Origin: Flavobacteriales bacterium
GTDB lineage: Bacteria > Bacteroidota > Bacteroidia > Flavobacteriales_C > GCA-002722245
NCBI GenBank assembly: GCA_049430665.1
Contig: JBMTCG010000004.1
Span: forward strand, 5,110 to 69,109
DNA: 64,000 nt
Direction of reading: 5' to 3'
The notes under the pieces are model-generated. The model did no database searches, was not told where the DNA came from, and worked only from the letters and a program-made list of their open reading frames with translations. Positions 51,799-61,826 of the stretch are shown here, piece by piece (positions within the stretch are counted from its first letter, which is position 1; every line of letters begins with the position of its first letter). The position numbers and the translations under genes were made by a program.

Positions 51799-53217
51799 AT
51801 GTTAGAACAAGAAAACACTCCGTCAAGACAAAATCTTATTGCTCAATTGCAAGAATTGGTGAAAACCGAACAGCAAATTGGCAAAGCAATTCAGCAAAAG
51901 AAGACAATCATGGAGGCTTGGGCCAAGCTTGGCGATGATGGCTCTTCGCAAAACAAACAGCTCAGTCATCATTTTTTTAAATTGGTGGAAGATTTCAATT
52001 ACAACATTAATATTTATAAAGCCATTCAAGACCACGACTTAAAACGCAATCAGCAACTTAAGGAAGAACTCTTAAAAAAGCTAGAAGATCTTAGCACCAA
52101 AAACGATCGTATTGGCGACACCTTTAAAGAATTACAAAAACAATGGTTCGATGTTGGTCCGGTTAAAAAAGAACTACGCGATGATTTTTGGCAAAAATTT
52201 AAAGACCTCTCTCAAATCATCATATACAAACTAGCCCAATTAAAAGTGCAATCGAAAGCCAAAGAAGAAGAAAATGCTTTGGCCAAAGAACAAATCATCC
52301 TCTTCCTAGAAAACATCATTAGCGAGCCCATTACCAAAGAAAAACAATGGCGTACTAAAACAGATATTGTAATTGCTAAACAAGCCGAATGGAAGGAAAT
52401 AGGACACGTGCCTAAAGAAAAATCGAATTCACTTTGGAATAGATACCGAGCTGCATGCGACAACTTCTTTAAAGAAAAAGCTGTTTTTTACGACAGCTTG
52501 AAAGCAGGCTTTCAGCAGCACAAAAAAGAAAAACTAGAATTGTGTGACGCAGCGCAAAACTGCATCAACGATGAATCAAAAAGCAACGATGACAAAGCTT
52601 TTACATTAACGAAGTTGCAAAGAAAATGGAGAGAATTGGGACAAGCGCATCCTCGTGATGAACAAAAATTATGGATCAAATTTCACGACATATGCAACTC
52701 CTTTTTCAACACTGTAAAACAACAAAAAGAAGAAGAAAAAGCAAATAATTTAGCTGCCTTAGACAACAAAAAAGAAATGCTCAATAACATAGATAAATTA
52801 ACTACAAAAGAAGATATAGTAGCTCAACTTAAACAATGGTATTTAAGCGACATCATCAAAACACCTCACGAGCTTAACAATAAATTCTTTGAGAAAATAA
52901 ATACTGCGCTAGTCAATCAGCAATTGAACAAAAACGAAATTGAAGAACTAAAATTCAACACTAAACTGGAAGCCTACCACGAATTAAAAATTGATGATTT
53001 ATTTGGTGATGAAATAAGCCAAATTCGTGAAAAAATAAAATCATTAGAAGAAGACAAGATAAAATTTGAAAACAACCTAGGTTTCTTCAAACATGCGAAA
53101 AACGACAATCCTATGATTGTTGAATTGCGCGAAAAAGTAACACAAATGACTGCCGACATCGATGTGTATAAGAAGAAATTACAAATGATTAAAAAAGCGA
53201 TGAAATACCAAGCTTAA
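51799..53217 (+). CDS. DUF349 domain-containing protein
   Basis: Repeats LQKQWFDVGPV...FW.KF, W.EIGHVP...LWNRY..ACDNFF, W.ELGQAHP; NNLGFF. Confidence 0.88.
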   Translation: MLEQENTPSRQNLIAQLQELVKTEQQIGKAIQQKKTIMEAWAKLGDDGSSQNKQLSHHFFKLVEDFNYNINIYKAIQDHDLKRNQQLKEELLKKLEDLSTKNDRIGDTFKELQKQWFDVGPVKKELRDDFWQKFKDLSQIIIYKLAQLKVQSKAKEEENALAKEQIILFLENIISEPITKEKQWRTKTDIVIAKQAEWKEIGHVPKEKSNSLWNRYRAACDNFFKEKAVFYDSLKAGFQQHKKEKLELCDAAQNCINDESKSNDDKAFTLTKLQRKWRELGQAHPRDEQKLWIKFHDICNSFFNTVKQQKEEEKANNLAALDNKKEMLNNIDKLTTKEDIVAQLKQWYLSDIIKTPHELNNKFFEKINTALVNQQLNKNEIEELKFNTKLEAYHELKIDDLFGDEISQIREKIKSLEEDKIKFENNLGFFKHAKNDNPMIVELREKVTQMTADIDVYKKKLQMIKKAMKYQA

Positions 53218-53245
53218 AAATTTACAACTTCACTATATTCGCCTA

Positions 53246-55573
53246 ATGAAAAAAACATTACTTTCTCTGTTCATCATTCTTAGCTTTAGTGCAAAAGCGC
53301 AAGATTTTTTAGGTTATTTAAACAGTAATTACGCAGGTGTAAACGGTATTGATCTACAACCTGCTTCCATTGTAGACAACCGATATAAACTAGATATTCT
53401 TTTGTTTGCCAACAACACCTGTTTCCAAAACAACTTCTTTTATTTAAGAGAAGGATTTATGCAGGCCCCACTCGATAAAAATTTTAGAAAAGATTATTTA
53501 GACTATGATAAAGAAATAACGGGAACCACTCTTATAGTTTCCAATCAATTACAGGGTCCCTCCTTCATGCTTACTTTGAACGAAAAGAATTCCATTGCAT
53601 TTAATTCTAAAGCACGAGTAATTGTAAACATGGACAATGTATCAACCGAATTTTTAAGACAACTACATCACAATTATGATGTGCCAGAGTTATGGGGGAA
53701 ATCATTTTTACAAAACAATTTCAACTTGCAAGGAATGGCATGGGGAGAATTTGGCCTAACGTACGGAAGAGAAGTTTATAAAACAAAACACCACTATTTT
53801 AAATCGGCACTTAGACTAAAGATGCTTCAGGGTTATGGTGCTTTCCACCTGCACTCACCAGCATCTACCATTAAAATAGAAAGCGACTCATCTCTCACAA
53901 TAAGCAATAGCGAAATACTGTCCTATGGTCATTCGGCAAATTTTGATGATGGCACAGTGTATTTTAATCCGTTCGACCCCAATGCGACTATTGGTTGGGG
54001 TGGAGATTTTGGTGTTGTTTACGAATGGAGACCTCGCTCAGAAAAACACACTTACGAGATGGACGGTGAAAAGAAATCAGCTCGTGATGAAAATAAGTAC
54101 AAACTAAAAGTTGGAGTTTCCTTGCTCGATGTTGGAGGCATAAAATTCAAACGTGGTAGCCACAATAAAGACTTTATCCCTAACATATCTCATTGGAAAG
54201 TTAAAGATATCGATCCCACCAATATTCAAGCTTTCGACAGCACAGTAAATGCGAATTTCCCCCCTCTCCCTTCATCTCCAACTTATAACGTAAGTTTACC
54301 TACTGCCTTATCTGTACAGGTAGATTACAACATTTGGAAAAACTTCTATATCAACGCTACTGCCTTTCAGGCAATAAAATTCAATTCTAAAGCCACCAAA
54401 ATTCACGAAATAAGTAATTACTCTATTACGCCTCGTTGGGATTACAAATGGTTTGGGGTTTATGTTCCAATAAGTTTTAACGAAATGGGTACCTTTAGAG
54501 TGGGTGCCAGCGCGATGTTCGGCCCCTTCTTCTTTGGCACAAGTAATTTAGGTCCGCTTTACCAAAGCGAAATGAAAGGTGTAGATTTCTTTGTAGGCAT
54601 TAAAGTTTCTTCACTGCATAGCAAAGAATCTGATAAGGATGATGACAAGGTTTCCAACAAAAATGATGAATGTAAAGACCAAGCGGGTATTTGGAAGTTT
54701 AGAGGTTGTCCGGATACCGATGGAGACAGCATTCCTGATAAAGACGATGCTTGTCCGAAAATACCTGGCCTAAAAGAATTCAAAGGCTGTCCTGATACCG
54801 ATAAAGATGGCATAGAAGACATGAAAGACGACTGTGTAGATGTGCCAGGTTTAAAAGAATTCAACGGTTGTCCAGATACCGATGGAGATAAAATCATCGA
54901 TAAAAATGACTCATGTGCTTCTGTGAAAGGATTGGCAATTTACAATGGTTGTCCAGATACAGATGGAGACTCTATCATCGATTCAAAAGATGCTTGTCCG
55001 ACTTTGGCTGGACCGAAAAAATACAATGGTTGTCCAGATACCGATGGCGACAGTATTCTCGACAATGTTGATGATTGCATTACTGTAAAAGGATTAAGAG
55101 AAAATAGAGGTTGCCCAGAAAGCGATGAAGATGGCGACGGCGTCATTGATAAAGTAGACGAGTGTCCTAAAACCTTCGGCCCAGCAGAAAACAAAGGCTG
55201 TCCGATATTACAAAAAGAAGAAGTTGAAATTTTAAAACTTGCTTTCTCTAACCTCGAATTTGAAACAGGAAAAGCCATTATTAAAAACGAATCTTTTGCT
55301 TCACTCGATTCTTTAGCTGCTTTGATGGTTAAAAAATCTACATGGAAATTGAAGTTAGCTGGACACACCGACAATGTTGGCGACAAAGCTAAAAACATGA
55401 AATTATCGAAAGATAGAACAGAAGCAGTGGCAAAATATTTAGCTAGCAAAGGAGTAAATTCTAGCAATCTTATTGTAGAATATTACGGTCCAAACAAACC
55501 TATTGCCAGCAATAAAACGCCAGAAGGCCGTCAAAGAAATCGTAGAGTAGAAATGAATATTATTTTCGAATAA
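53246..55573 (+). CDS. DUF5723-like beta-barrel + TSP3 repeats + OmpA peptidoglycan-binding domain
   Basis: NYAGVNGIDLQPASI, W.EFGLTYG, DFGVVYEW, LPTALSVQVDY; GCPDTDGD repeats; FETGKA, GHTDNVG, NRRVE. Confidence 0.88.
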   Translation: MKKTLLSLFIILSFSAKAQDFLGYLNSNYAGVNGIDLQPASIVDNRYKLDILLFANNTCFQNNFFYLREGFMQAPLDKNFRKDYLDYDKEITGTTLIVSNQLQGPSFMLTLNEKNSIAFNSKARVIVNMDNVSTEFLRQLHHNYDVPELWGKSFLQNNFNLQGMAWGEFGLTYGREVYKTKHHYFKSALRLKMLQGYGAFHLHSPASTIKIESDSSLTISNSEILSYGHSANFDDGTVYFNPFDPNATIGWGGDFGVVYEWRPRSEKHTYEMDGEKKSARDENKYKLKVGVSLLDVGGIKFKRGSHNKDFIPNISHWKVKDIDPTNIQAFDSTVNANFPPLPSSPTYNVSLPTALSVQVDYNIWKNFYINATAFQAIKFNSKATKIHEISNYSITPRWDYKWFGVYVPISFNEMGTFRVGASAMFGPFFFGTSNLGPLYQSEMKGVDFFVGIKVSSLHSKESDKDDDKVSNKNDECKDQAGIWKFRGCPDTDGDSIPDKDDACPKIPGLKEFKGCPDTDKDGIEDMKDDCVDVPGLKEFNGCPDTDGDKIIDKNDSCASVKGLAIYNGCPDTDGDSIIDSKDACPTLAGPKKYNGCPDTDGDSILDNVDDCITVKGLRENRGCPESDEDGDGVIDKVDECPKTFGPAENKGCPILQKEEVEILKLAFSNLEFETGKAIIKNESFASLDSLAALMVKKSTWKLKLAGHTDNVGDKAKNMKLSKDRTEAVAKYLASKGVNSSNLIVEYYGPNKPIASNKTPEGRQRNRRVEMNIIFE
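54626..55204 (+). repeat. ~7 thrombospondin type-3 Ca-binding repeats (27 aa / 81 bp period)
   Basis: GCPDTDGDSIPDKDDACPKIPGLKEFK and copies. Confidence 0.9.
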
Positions 55574-56541
55574 TGAAGAAAATAATATTCTTATTTCTCC
55601 TTATAGAAATTGGTGTTCATGCTCAAAAAATAGATTCTACTATATTTTTAAATACACCAAGTTTTAGCGGACAATTGGCCATTTTAAAAAACGACTCTTT
55701 GGTTTTTGTTGCTTCGCAAGGATGGATGAACTACCCCTTACGACTCAAGATGAATAATGATGCGCTCATTGAAATTGGCGAGTTGAGCTCTCAATTTACG
55801 CGTGAAGCATTTTATAAATTAATCAATGACAATTTAATCCATCAAGATTCTACCGTAGAAAAATATATAGCAGGATTCCCTTACCCTAACATCAAAATTA
55901 AACATGTAATTGAAAACACATCGGGTTTATCTTCCAACTACATAAAGCTTTTTCACCGAAATATTTTCAACGACCAAAACATTAAAGTTAAAGACAAGCT
56001 AATCATCACCAACAAAAGCATCATTGATATTTTGGTGAAATTTAAACCTGCTTTAGAATTTATTCCGGGCGAAAAAATTTCGATGTGCAACACCAACGAT
56101 ATTGTATTGGCCTATTTACTTGAAGTTTTTTATTTCAAAAGCTACGATGAAATCATAAACGAAATGATAAAAAAGAAATATCCAAAACTCAATATTGTTG
56201 CTTGTAGCGATTGGAGAAATACGCCTTTGATGAATAGGGCATTGGGACAAATGAAAAACGACAGCACACACTACTCAGTTCAAGAATCGCTGCACGACAT
56301 GGGTTTTAAATACGACGACGCCTCGTTGGGGCATCACCATATATATGCAGATGCAAAAAGTTTGGTGAAATATTTTGGAATGTGTGAAGCAGAAAAAAAG
56401 ATAGAAGAATTTGAATTAACTGGTCACGAACCCGGATTCAATAGCTTTGCAAGATATTTAAATGGACTTACCGTGGTTGTTTTATCAAACACCAGCGACG
56501 AAAACGATGTTAAGTTAATTGTCAACTCACTCGCTCATTGA
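55573..56541 (+). CDS. Beta-lactamase-fold protein with degenerate catalytic motifs
   Basis: IGELSSQFT in place of SxxK, IENTSGL, PGEKISMCNTN in place of YxN, LTGHEPGF. Confidence 0.75.
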   Translation: MKKIIFLFLLIEIGVHAQKIDSTIFLNTPSFSGQLAILKNDSLVFVASQGWMNYPLRLKMNNDALIEIGELSSQFTREAFYKLINDNLIHQDSTVEKYIAGFPYPNIKIKHVIENTSGLSSNYIKLFHRNIFNDQNIKVKDKLIITNKSIIDILVKFKPALEFIPGEKISMCNTNDIVLAYLLEVFYFKSYDEIINEMIKKKYPKLNIVACSDWRNTPLMNRALGQMKNDSTHYSVQESLHDMGFKYDDASLGHHHIYADAKSLVKYFGMCEAEKKIEEFELTGHEPGFNSFARYLNGLTVVVLSNTSDENDVKLIVNSLAH

Positions 56542-56548
56542 AACAAAC

Positions 56549-58321
56549 CTATTTGCTTTGAATTAATTTTTCGCGATACTTCACTAACAAGCTTGATTTA
56601 GAAACAAAGCCAACATATTTTCCTTCGTCAACAACAGGAAGGTTCCAAGCATTTGTTTCATCAAATTTTTTCATAATCGACTGAATAGATTCGTCGGAAG
56701 AAATGATAGCTGGAGGATTATGCATAAGTTGCTTTACCGAAATACTTTCATACAACTCTTGTTTGAACATAATTTCACGAATATCATCTAAAACAATTAT
56801 ACCTACTAACAATTCATCTTCAACCACAGGAAAAATATTCCTTTTAGAATGAGCAACTACCTCTATTAACTCTCCTAAAGTTGTATCAGGAGAAATGGCT
56901 TGAAAATTTTGTTCAATAACCGCCATTGTTCTGAGGGAAGCCAAAATATTTTTGTCTTTATCCTCAATAAAAACATGACCTTCCTTTGCTAAATTTTTTA
57001 CATCTAGAGAATGTGGTTCAAAATAGCGAGCTATCATAAAACTAAATGCAGAAACAATCATTAATGGAATCATTAATTCATAGCCTCCCGTTAATTCTGC
57101 GATAAGAAATATAGCGGTTAAAGGTGCATGAAAAACACCACTTAAAATACCCGCCATAGCCACTAAAGTAAAGTTGCTTACCGGAATATTTTCAAAGCCA
57201 AACAAACTTAAAACAACAGCAAAGCCAAATCCTAAAAAAGCGCCCACAAAAAGTGATGGAGCAAAATTACCACCATTGCCTCCAGCCCCCATGGTTAATG
57301 CAGCTGCTATTGGTTTAAAAAGCATTGTAAAAAAAATAACCAATACCATCGCCCATTTATTGGTAATTAAATCGGCAAAAATACTTTGTGCAAATAAGTT
57401 TTGGGTATCTAAATATGAAAATGTTTTGATACTCTCATAACCTTCGCCAAAGAGTGGCGGAAAAATTAAAATCAACAAAGACAAAGTGATTCCGCCCACC
57501 AACGCCTTAGTATAAACGCTCCATGTCTTATGTTGTAAAGTACCTTCCACCTTTAAAAAGACACGTAAATAATACACCGACATTATGCCCGCCAAAACAC
57601 CTAAAATGATATAAAAAGGAACATTATGATAATCAAAAGTTTCTGTTAATTTAAACGACAACAAAATTTCTTCCTTTAAAATTATTTTTGATAACAAAGC
57701 CCCCGTTGCAGCAGAAATAATAAGTGGAATAAAAGCCGAAATTGATACATCGGCCAACAGTACCTCTAATGCAAATAAAACTCCAGCAATAGGCGCATTA
57801 AAAGCAGCACCAATACCTGCCGCTGCACCACAAGCCAATAAAAGCGTACGATCTTTATAATTAATACGATATGTTCTTGAATAATTAGAACCAATGGCAG
57901 AACCAGTTGTTACAATTGGAGATTCTAAGCCTACAGAACCACCAAAACCAACCGTTATCGCACTTGTTAGTGCATTAGAATACATTAAATGTTTGGGCAG
58001 AAAACTTCCTTTTTTAACAATGGAAAAAAGCACGCTTTCTGTACCTTTTTGTAATTTACCTTTAAAATATTTTTGGATAATTAGACTAGTGAACAATATA
58101 CCAACAGTAGGAAAAACGAGATACAAAAATTGTTGAAAATCTAAATGAAAGTCTTTGGTAAGCGCTATGCGAATATAATGCACAAAAGTCTTCAGCAATA
58201 TCGCCATTAAGCCAGCTGTTAGTCCTACCAATATGCTAGAAAATATTAGAAACTGTTTTGGCGTTAACTTTTTATGCAACCAATGAATATATACTTCTAT
58301 TTTGTTTGCCTTTGATGTCAT
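56549..58321 (-). CDS. ClC chloride channel/antiporter with two CBS domains
   Basis: GGSVGLESP, GAAAGIGAAFNAPIAG, GGNGGNFAPSLF, C-terminal CBS pair. Confidence 0.93.
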   Translation of the reverse strand: MTSKANKIEVYIHWLHKKLTPKQFLIFSSILVGLTAGLMAILLKTFVHYIRIALTKDFHLDFQQFLYLVFPTVGILFTSLIIQKYFKGKLQKGTESVLFSIVKKGSFLPKHLMYSNALTSAITVGFGGSVGLESPIVTTGSAIGSNYSRTYRINYKDRTLLLACGAAAGIGAAFNAPIAGVLFALEVLLADVSISAFIPLIISAATGALLSKIILKEEILLSFKLTETFDYHNVPFYIILGVLAGIMSVYYLRVFLKVEGTLQHKTWSVYTKALVGGITLSLLILIFPPLFGEGYESIKTFSYLDTQNLFAQSIFADLITNKWAMVLVIFFTMLFKPIAAALTMGAGGNGGNFAPSLFVGAFLGFGFAVVLSLFGFENIPVSNFTLVAMAGILSGVFHAPLTAIFLIAELTGGYELMIPLMIVSAFSFMIARYFEPHSLDVKNLAKEGHVFIEDKDKNILASLRTMAVIEQNFQAISPDTTLGELIEVVAHSKRNIFPVVEDELLVGIIVLDDIREIMFKQELYESISVKQLMHNPPAIISSDESIQSIMKKFDETNAWNLPVVDEGKYVGFVSKSSLLVKYREKLIQSK

Positions 58322-58322
58322 T

Positions 58323-59519
58323 TTATAAAATCTCTGTATCGTAATTCAACTTTGTTTTGGTAAACAGTAATGCCATCATCATGGTGACTGTAGACAATAT
58401 TATAACAAAAAGTAAAATTCCTTCATTAAATAAATCACTTTTCCACTGTTGAGGAATACTATAAAATAAAACAATAGTAATCAACCCTCTGGGGGCAATA
58501 AATAATTCGGGAAAAACATTGATTCGAGAAATAAAGCGAAGAAAAACATAACGGGTTACAAGAATAGTTAGCATGACCACAAAACCTAAAACGAACACAT
58601 TTTTATCTTTCAACAAAGATAAATTAATGGTATAACCAAAAATTAAAAAGAAAAAAGTACGCACAATAAATGCTGTTTCTGCGGTAATAATTTTGAGCTC
58701 ACGAGTTACTAATTTTAATTTCTCGGGATGAAGGTAATCAGCTAGCTTACCCTTAATAAACAGATTGGCATTGTTCAACATTACACCAAAAACAAGTATC
58801 AAGAGCAAAGAAGGTAGGTGAAAAATTTTACTTACAGAATACACTAAAATCAGAGAAGCAAAAATTAAATAAAACTTTGCGTGAGAACGACTATAGTTAA
58901 GCAATAACAACAGAAGAAAAGTGCTTAACAACGACACTACAACAATCAGAAAAAAGGAGACCCCCAATTCTAAAAAAGAAGAAAAACTGCCTATTTCAGA
59001 ACCAATCACATAATTAAAAAGCATGATGCCTAAAATATCTGAAAAAGAAGTTTCATAAATAATAAATTCTCTCTTTTCTGGCGACAATTTACTTACGCTT
59101 GGTATTGCAATAGCACTGCTTATAATACCCAATGGAACAGCGTAAACAATAGCTGTTCGTAGAGGCATGGCTAATGAATAATAAAAAATAGCGCCAATAA
59201 CCGCAGAAGTGACAATCAAAATGAATAATGCCGACAAAAATGATTTTCCTATCAATGGAATTTTTTTTCTACTTAATTTTAAATCAAGAGCCCCTTCCAA
59301 AACAATAAAAATTAAACCCACTACCCCCAGCAATTCTAATAAAAAAGGGGTATTAGGTATATTTACATCAAATTCATTTCCTAAAAATTGTATACCAACA
59401 CCCGCACTAATAAGCATTATAACAGAAGGCACTCTTAATTTTTCGCTAACAACATTAAAGATGTAAGACAATACAACTAAAATGCAAATACTTATTAAAA
59501 TGTAGTAAATGTTGGGCAC
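58323..59519 (-). CDS. Cation:proton antiporter (CPA1/NhaP-like)
   Basis: VGLIFIVLEGALDL, ISSAIAIPS, YETSFSDILGI, APRGLIT; GTG start inferred (ORF track start 59594). Confidence 0.85.
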   Translation of the reverse strand: MPNIYYILISICILVVLSYIFNVVSEKLRVPSVIMLISAGVGIQFLGNEFDVNIPNTPFLLELLGVVGLIFIVLEGALDLKLSRKKIPLIGKSFLSALFILIVTSAVIGAIFYYSLAMPLRTAIVYAVPLGIISSAIAIPSVSKLSPEKREFIIYETSFSDILGIMLFNYVIGSEIGSFSSFLELGVSFFLIVVVSLLSTFLLLLLLNYSRSHAKFYLIFASLILVYSVSKIFHLPSLLLILVFGVMLNNANLFIKGKLADYLHPEKLKLVTRELKIITAETAFIVRTFFFLIFGYTINLSLLKDKNVFVLGFVVMLTILVTRYVFLRFISRINVFPELFIAPRGLITIVLFYSIPQQWKSDLFNEGILLFVIILSTVTMMMALLFTKTKLNYDTEIL

Positions 59520-59590
59520 AGGGATAATTTGCAATAAACTTAAGTATATCGTTTTACATAACAAAAGCATATTGAATTTTATGAAATATT

Positions 59591-61825
59591 TCAAACAAGC
59601 TCCTCATACATCAATAACTTTAATAATAACTCAATCACATTTTTCTGTTGTTTTAGATTGTATTTAGCATCACTTTGCATTAATCCTACTTTGATTGAAT
59701 ACTGATTAGCTGGTATTACTTTAAACATGTCTTCATCTGTTTTATCGTCTCCAACAGCCATTATAAAATCATATGAATTATTGTTCAACCATAGATTTGC
59801 AGCCATACCTTTATCAATTCCTCTTGCTCTAACTTCTATCACTTTATTCCCTTCAATAATCTGAAAATCTAAATGAGTAGAGAGCTCCATGAGGGAATTA
59901 ATTAATTCTCTCGATCTCAAAAAGCCGAGTTCTGCTTCTGCATTTCGATAATGCCATGCTAGAGAAAGTGTTTTTTCTTCTGTAAAAGTTCCCGCACATC
60001 TCTCAGTATATAAATTAAAAATTGACTGAACGGCTTCCTTCCACTCCACTTTTACAGGTATAGTTTGCTTCCACGATTCACCAAAATGCTTAATAAATGC
60101 ACCATGCTCGGCTACCAAACTTATAGGAATATTAGCAAACCATTTTTCAAGCACCTCCATTCCTCTTCCACTGATAACAACGACCTCATTTCGAATATCC
60201 GACGACAGCATCAATAGAAGATTCAGAATATCTTCGTTAGGTGCTGCCAAATGTGGTAATTTTGCTAAAGGAGAAAGAGTGCCATCGTAATCTAACAGAA
60301 ACAGCCTTTTCCGTGAAACACAATATTTTTGTTGTAAATCAATTTCTATTAAAGGCGTAATTTCCTTTACATTAAGTTTCTTTTGCATATTTTTTTGTTG
60401 AATTAGTTGAGTAATGAAATCTTCGGCCCACTTCATAACATCGTAACTTTTAATTCGGTTTTGCATCACTTCATTACGAGCTACTTGTTCGTTAACAGGC
60501 ATGGTTAAAGCCAAATGAATACTATCGGCAATTTCTTTTCTATCAGTGGGATTCACTAAAATAGCCTCTCCCAATTCCGATGCAGCACCTGCTGTTTCAC
60601 TCAATATCAATACACCTTTCTTATCGGTACGACTGGCAATAAACTCCTTGGAAACTAAATTCATTCCATCTCTTACTGGGGTTATTAACGCTACATCAGC
60701 CGATAGATACAAAGCAACCAGGTTTTTAAAATCGAGAGATTTGTACTGATACACAATGGGAGTCCAATCTACACTACCGTATTTTCCATTTATACTGCTT
60801 ACCAAGCCTTCAATTTCTTTCTTTGTTTCCGAATATTTAGTAATAATATCTCGTGAAGGAACAACTAGGAGAATGAACACTACCTTTCTTTGATACTGGG
60901 GGAAGCGATTCAAAAACAACTCAAAACTTTCTAACTTATTAAGCAAACCTTTGGCATAATCTAACCTATCAACAGAAATAATCACATGTAGATCATACAG
61001 TTTCTTTTTAATTTTATTTCGTTCATTAAAAGTATTCGAATCAAGAGAACACGCATTAAATTTATTGTAATCAATACTAATTGGAAAAGTATCTACCGTT
61101 ACACTTCTTTCTGGCGTAATGATGAGCCGCAAGGAATGGTCGTAATCTAAAATTTGTCGGGTTGATTTTAAAAAATGCTGCACATAATCGTTGGTATGCA
61201 AACCAATCAAATCGGCACCCAAAATACCCTTCAAAACGCTTTTTCTCCATACACTAGGCAACAATCGAAAAAGCTCGTACGAGGGAAAAGGAATATGCAG
61301 AAAAAAACCAATTGTAGCATTGGGTAAATATTTCCGAAGCAATGCAGGCAAAAGCATTAAATGATAATCATGAATCCAAATAATATCATGAGGACGATAT
61401 AACTGTAAAATTTTTTTACAAAAAAGATGATTTGCTTCTTCAAAAGCCGTAAAACATTCATCGGAAAATTTTGCATAAGAAGGAAAATAATGAAACAAGG
61501 GCCAGATAGTATCATTACAAAAACCATTATAAAATTTATTTTGAGTATCGGTAGGAATAAATACTGGAGCAATCTCAAACTCTTTATGAATGATACTTCC
61601 CGACGGAAACTTCTCGTTAAATTTCATTTCTGAAATATCTGAAGTACCTATCCACAAGGGACGTTCTACTTCCGCGGAAAATTTAGCATGATTGGTTTTT
61701 TGAACATATGAAATAGTACTAGACACTAAACCACCCGAACTTTGTGAAAAAACCAATTCGCCTTTCTTTTCTGTTATTCTAAAAGGCAATCGGTTAGATA
61801 CAATTAACAGCCTACTTTTTTTCAT
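59591..61825 (-). CDS. otsAB: Bifunctional trehalose-6-phosphate synthase/phosphatase (GT20 + HAD)
   Basis: VSNRLP, GGLVS, WPLFHY, WIHDYHLMLLP, FFLHIPFPS, VDRLDY.KG, DGMNLVSKEF, LDYDGTL, GDDKTDEDMF. Confidence 0.95.
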   Translation of the reverse strand: MKKSRLLIVSNRLPFRITEKKGELVFSQSSGGLVSSTISYVQKTNHAKFSAEVERPLWIGTSDISEMKFNEKFPSGSIIHKEFEIAPVFIPTDTQNKFYNGFCNDTIWPLFHYFPSYAKFSDECFTAFEEANHLFCKKILQLYRPHDIIWIHDYHLMLLPALLRKYLPNATIGFFLHIPFPSYELFRLLPSVWRKSVLKGILGADLIGLHTNDYVQHFLKSTRQILDYDHSLRLIITPERSVTVDTFPISIDYNKFNACSLDSNTFNERNKIKKKLYDLHVIISVDRLDYAKGLLNKLESFELFLNRFPQYQRKVVFILLVVPSRDIITKYSETKKEIEGLVSSINGKYGSVDWTPIVYQYKSLDFKNLVALYLSADVALITPVRDGMNLVSKEFIASRTDKKGVLILSETAGAASELGEAILVNPTDRKEIADSIHLALTMPVNEQVARNEVMQNRIKSYDVMKWAEDFITQLIQQKNMQKKLNVKEITPLIEIDLQQKYCVSRKRLFLLDYDGTLSPLAKLPHLAAPNEDILNLLLMLSSDIRNEVVVISGRGMEVLEKWFANIPISLVAEHGAFIKHFGESWKQTIPVKVEWKEAVQSIFNLYTERCAGTFTEEKTLSLAWHYRNAEAELGFLRSRELINSLMELSTHLDFQIIEGNKVIEVRARGIDKGMAANLWLNNNSYDFIMAVGDDKTDEDMFKVIPANQYSIKVGLMQSDAKYNLKQQKNVIELLLKLLMYEELV

Positions 61826-61826
61826 A

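Noticed and set aside
54626-55204. 81-bp periodic repeats as a possible CRISPR array
   Set aside because: In-frame TSP3 protein repeats with synonymous variation, no constant repeat/unique spacer pattern and no cas genes
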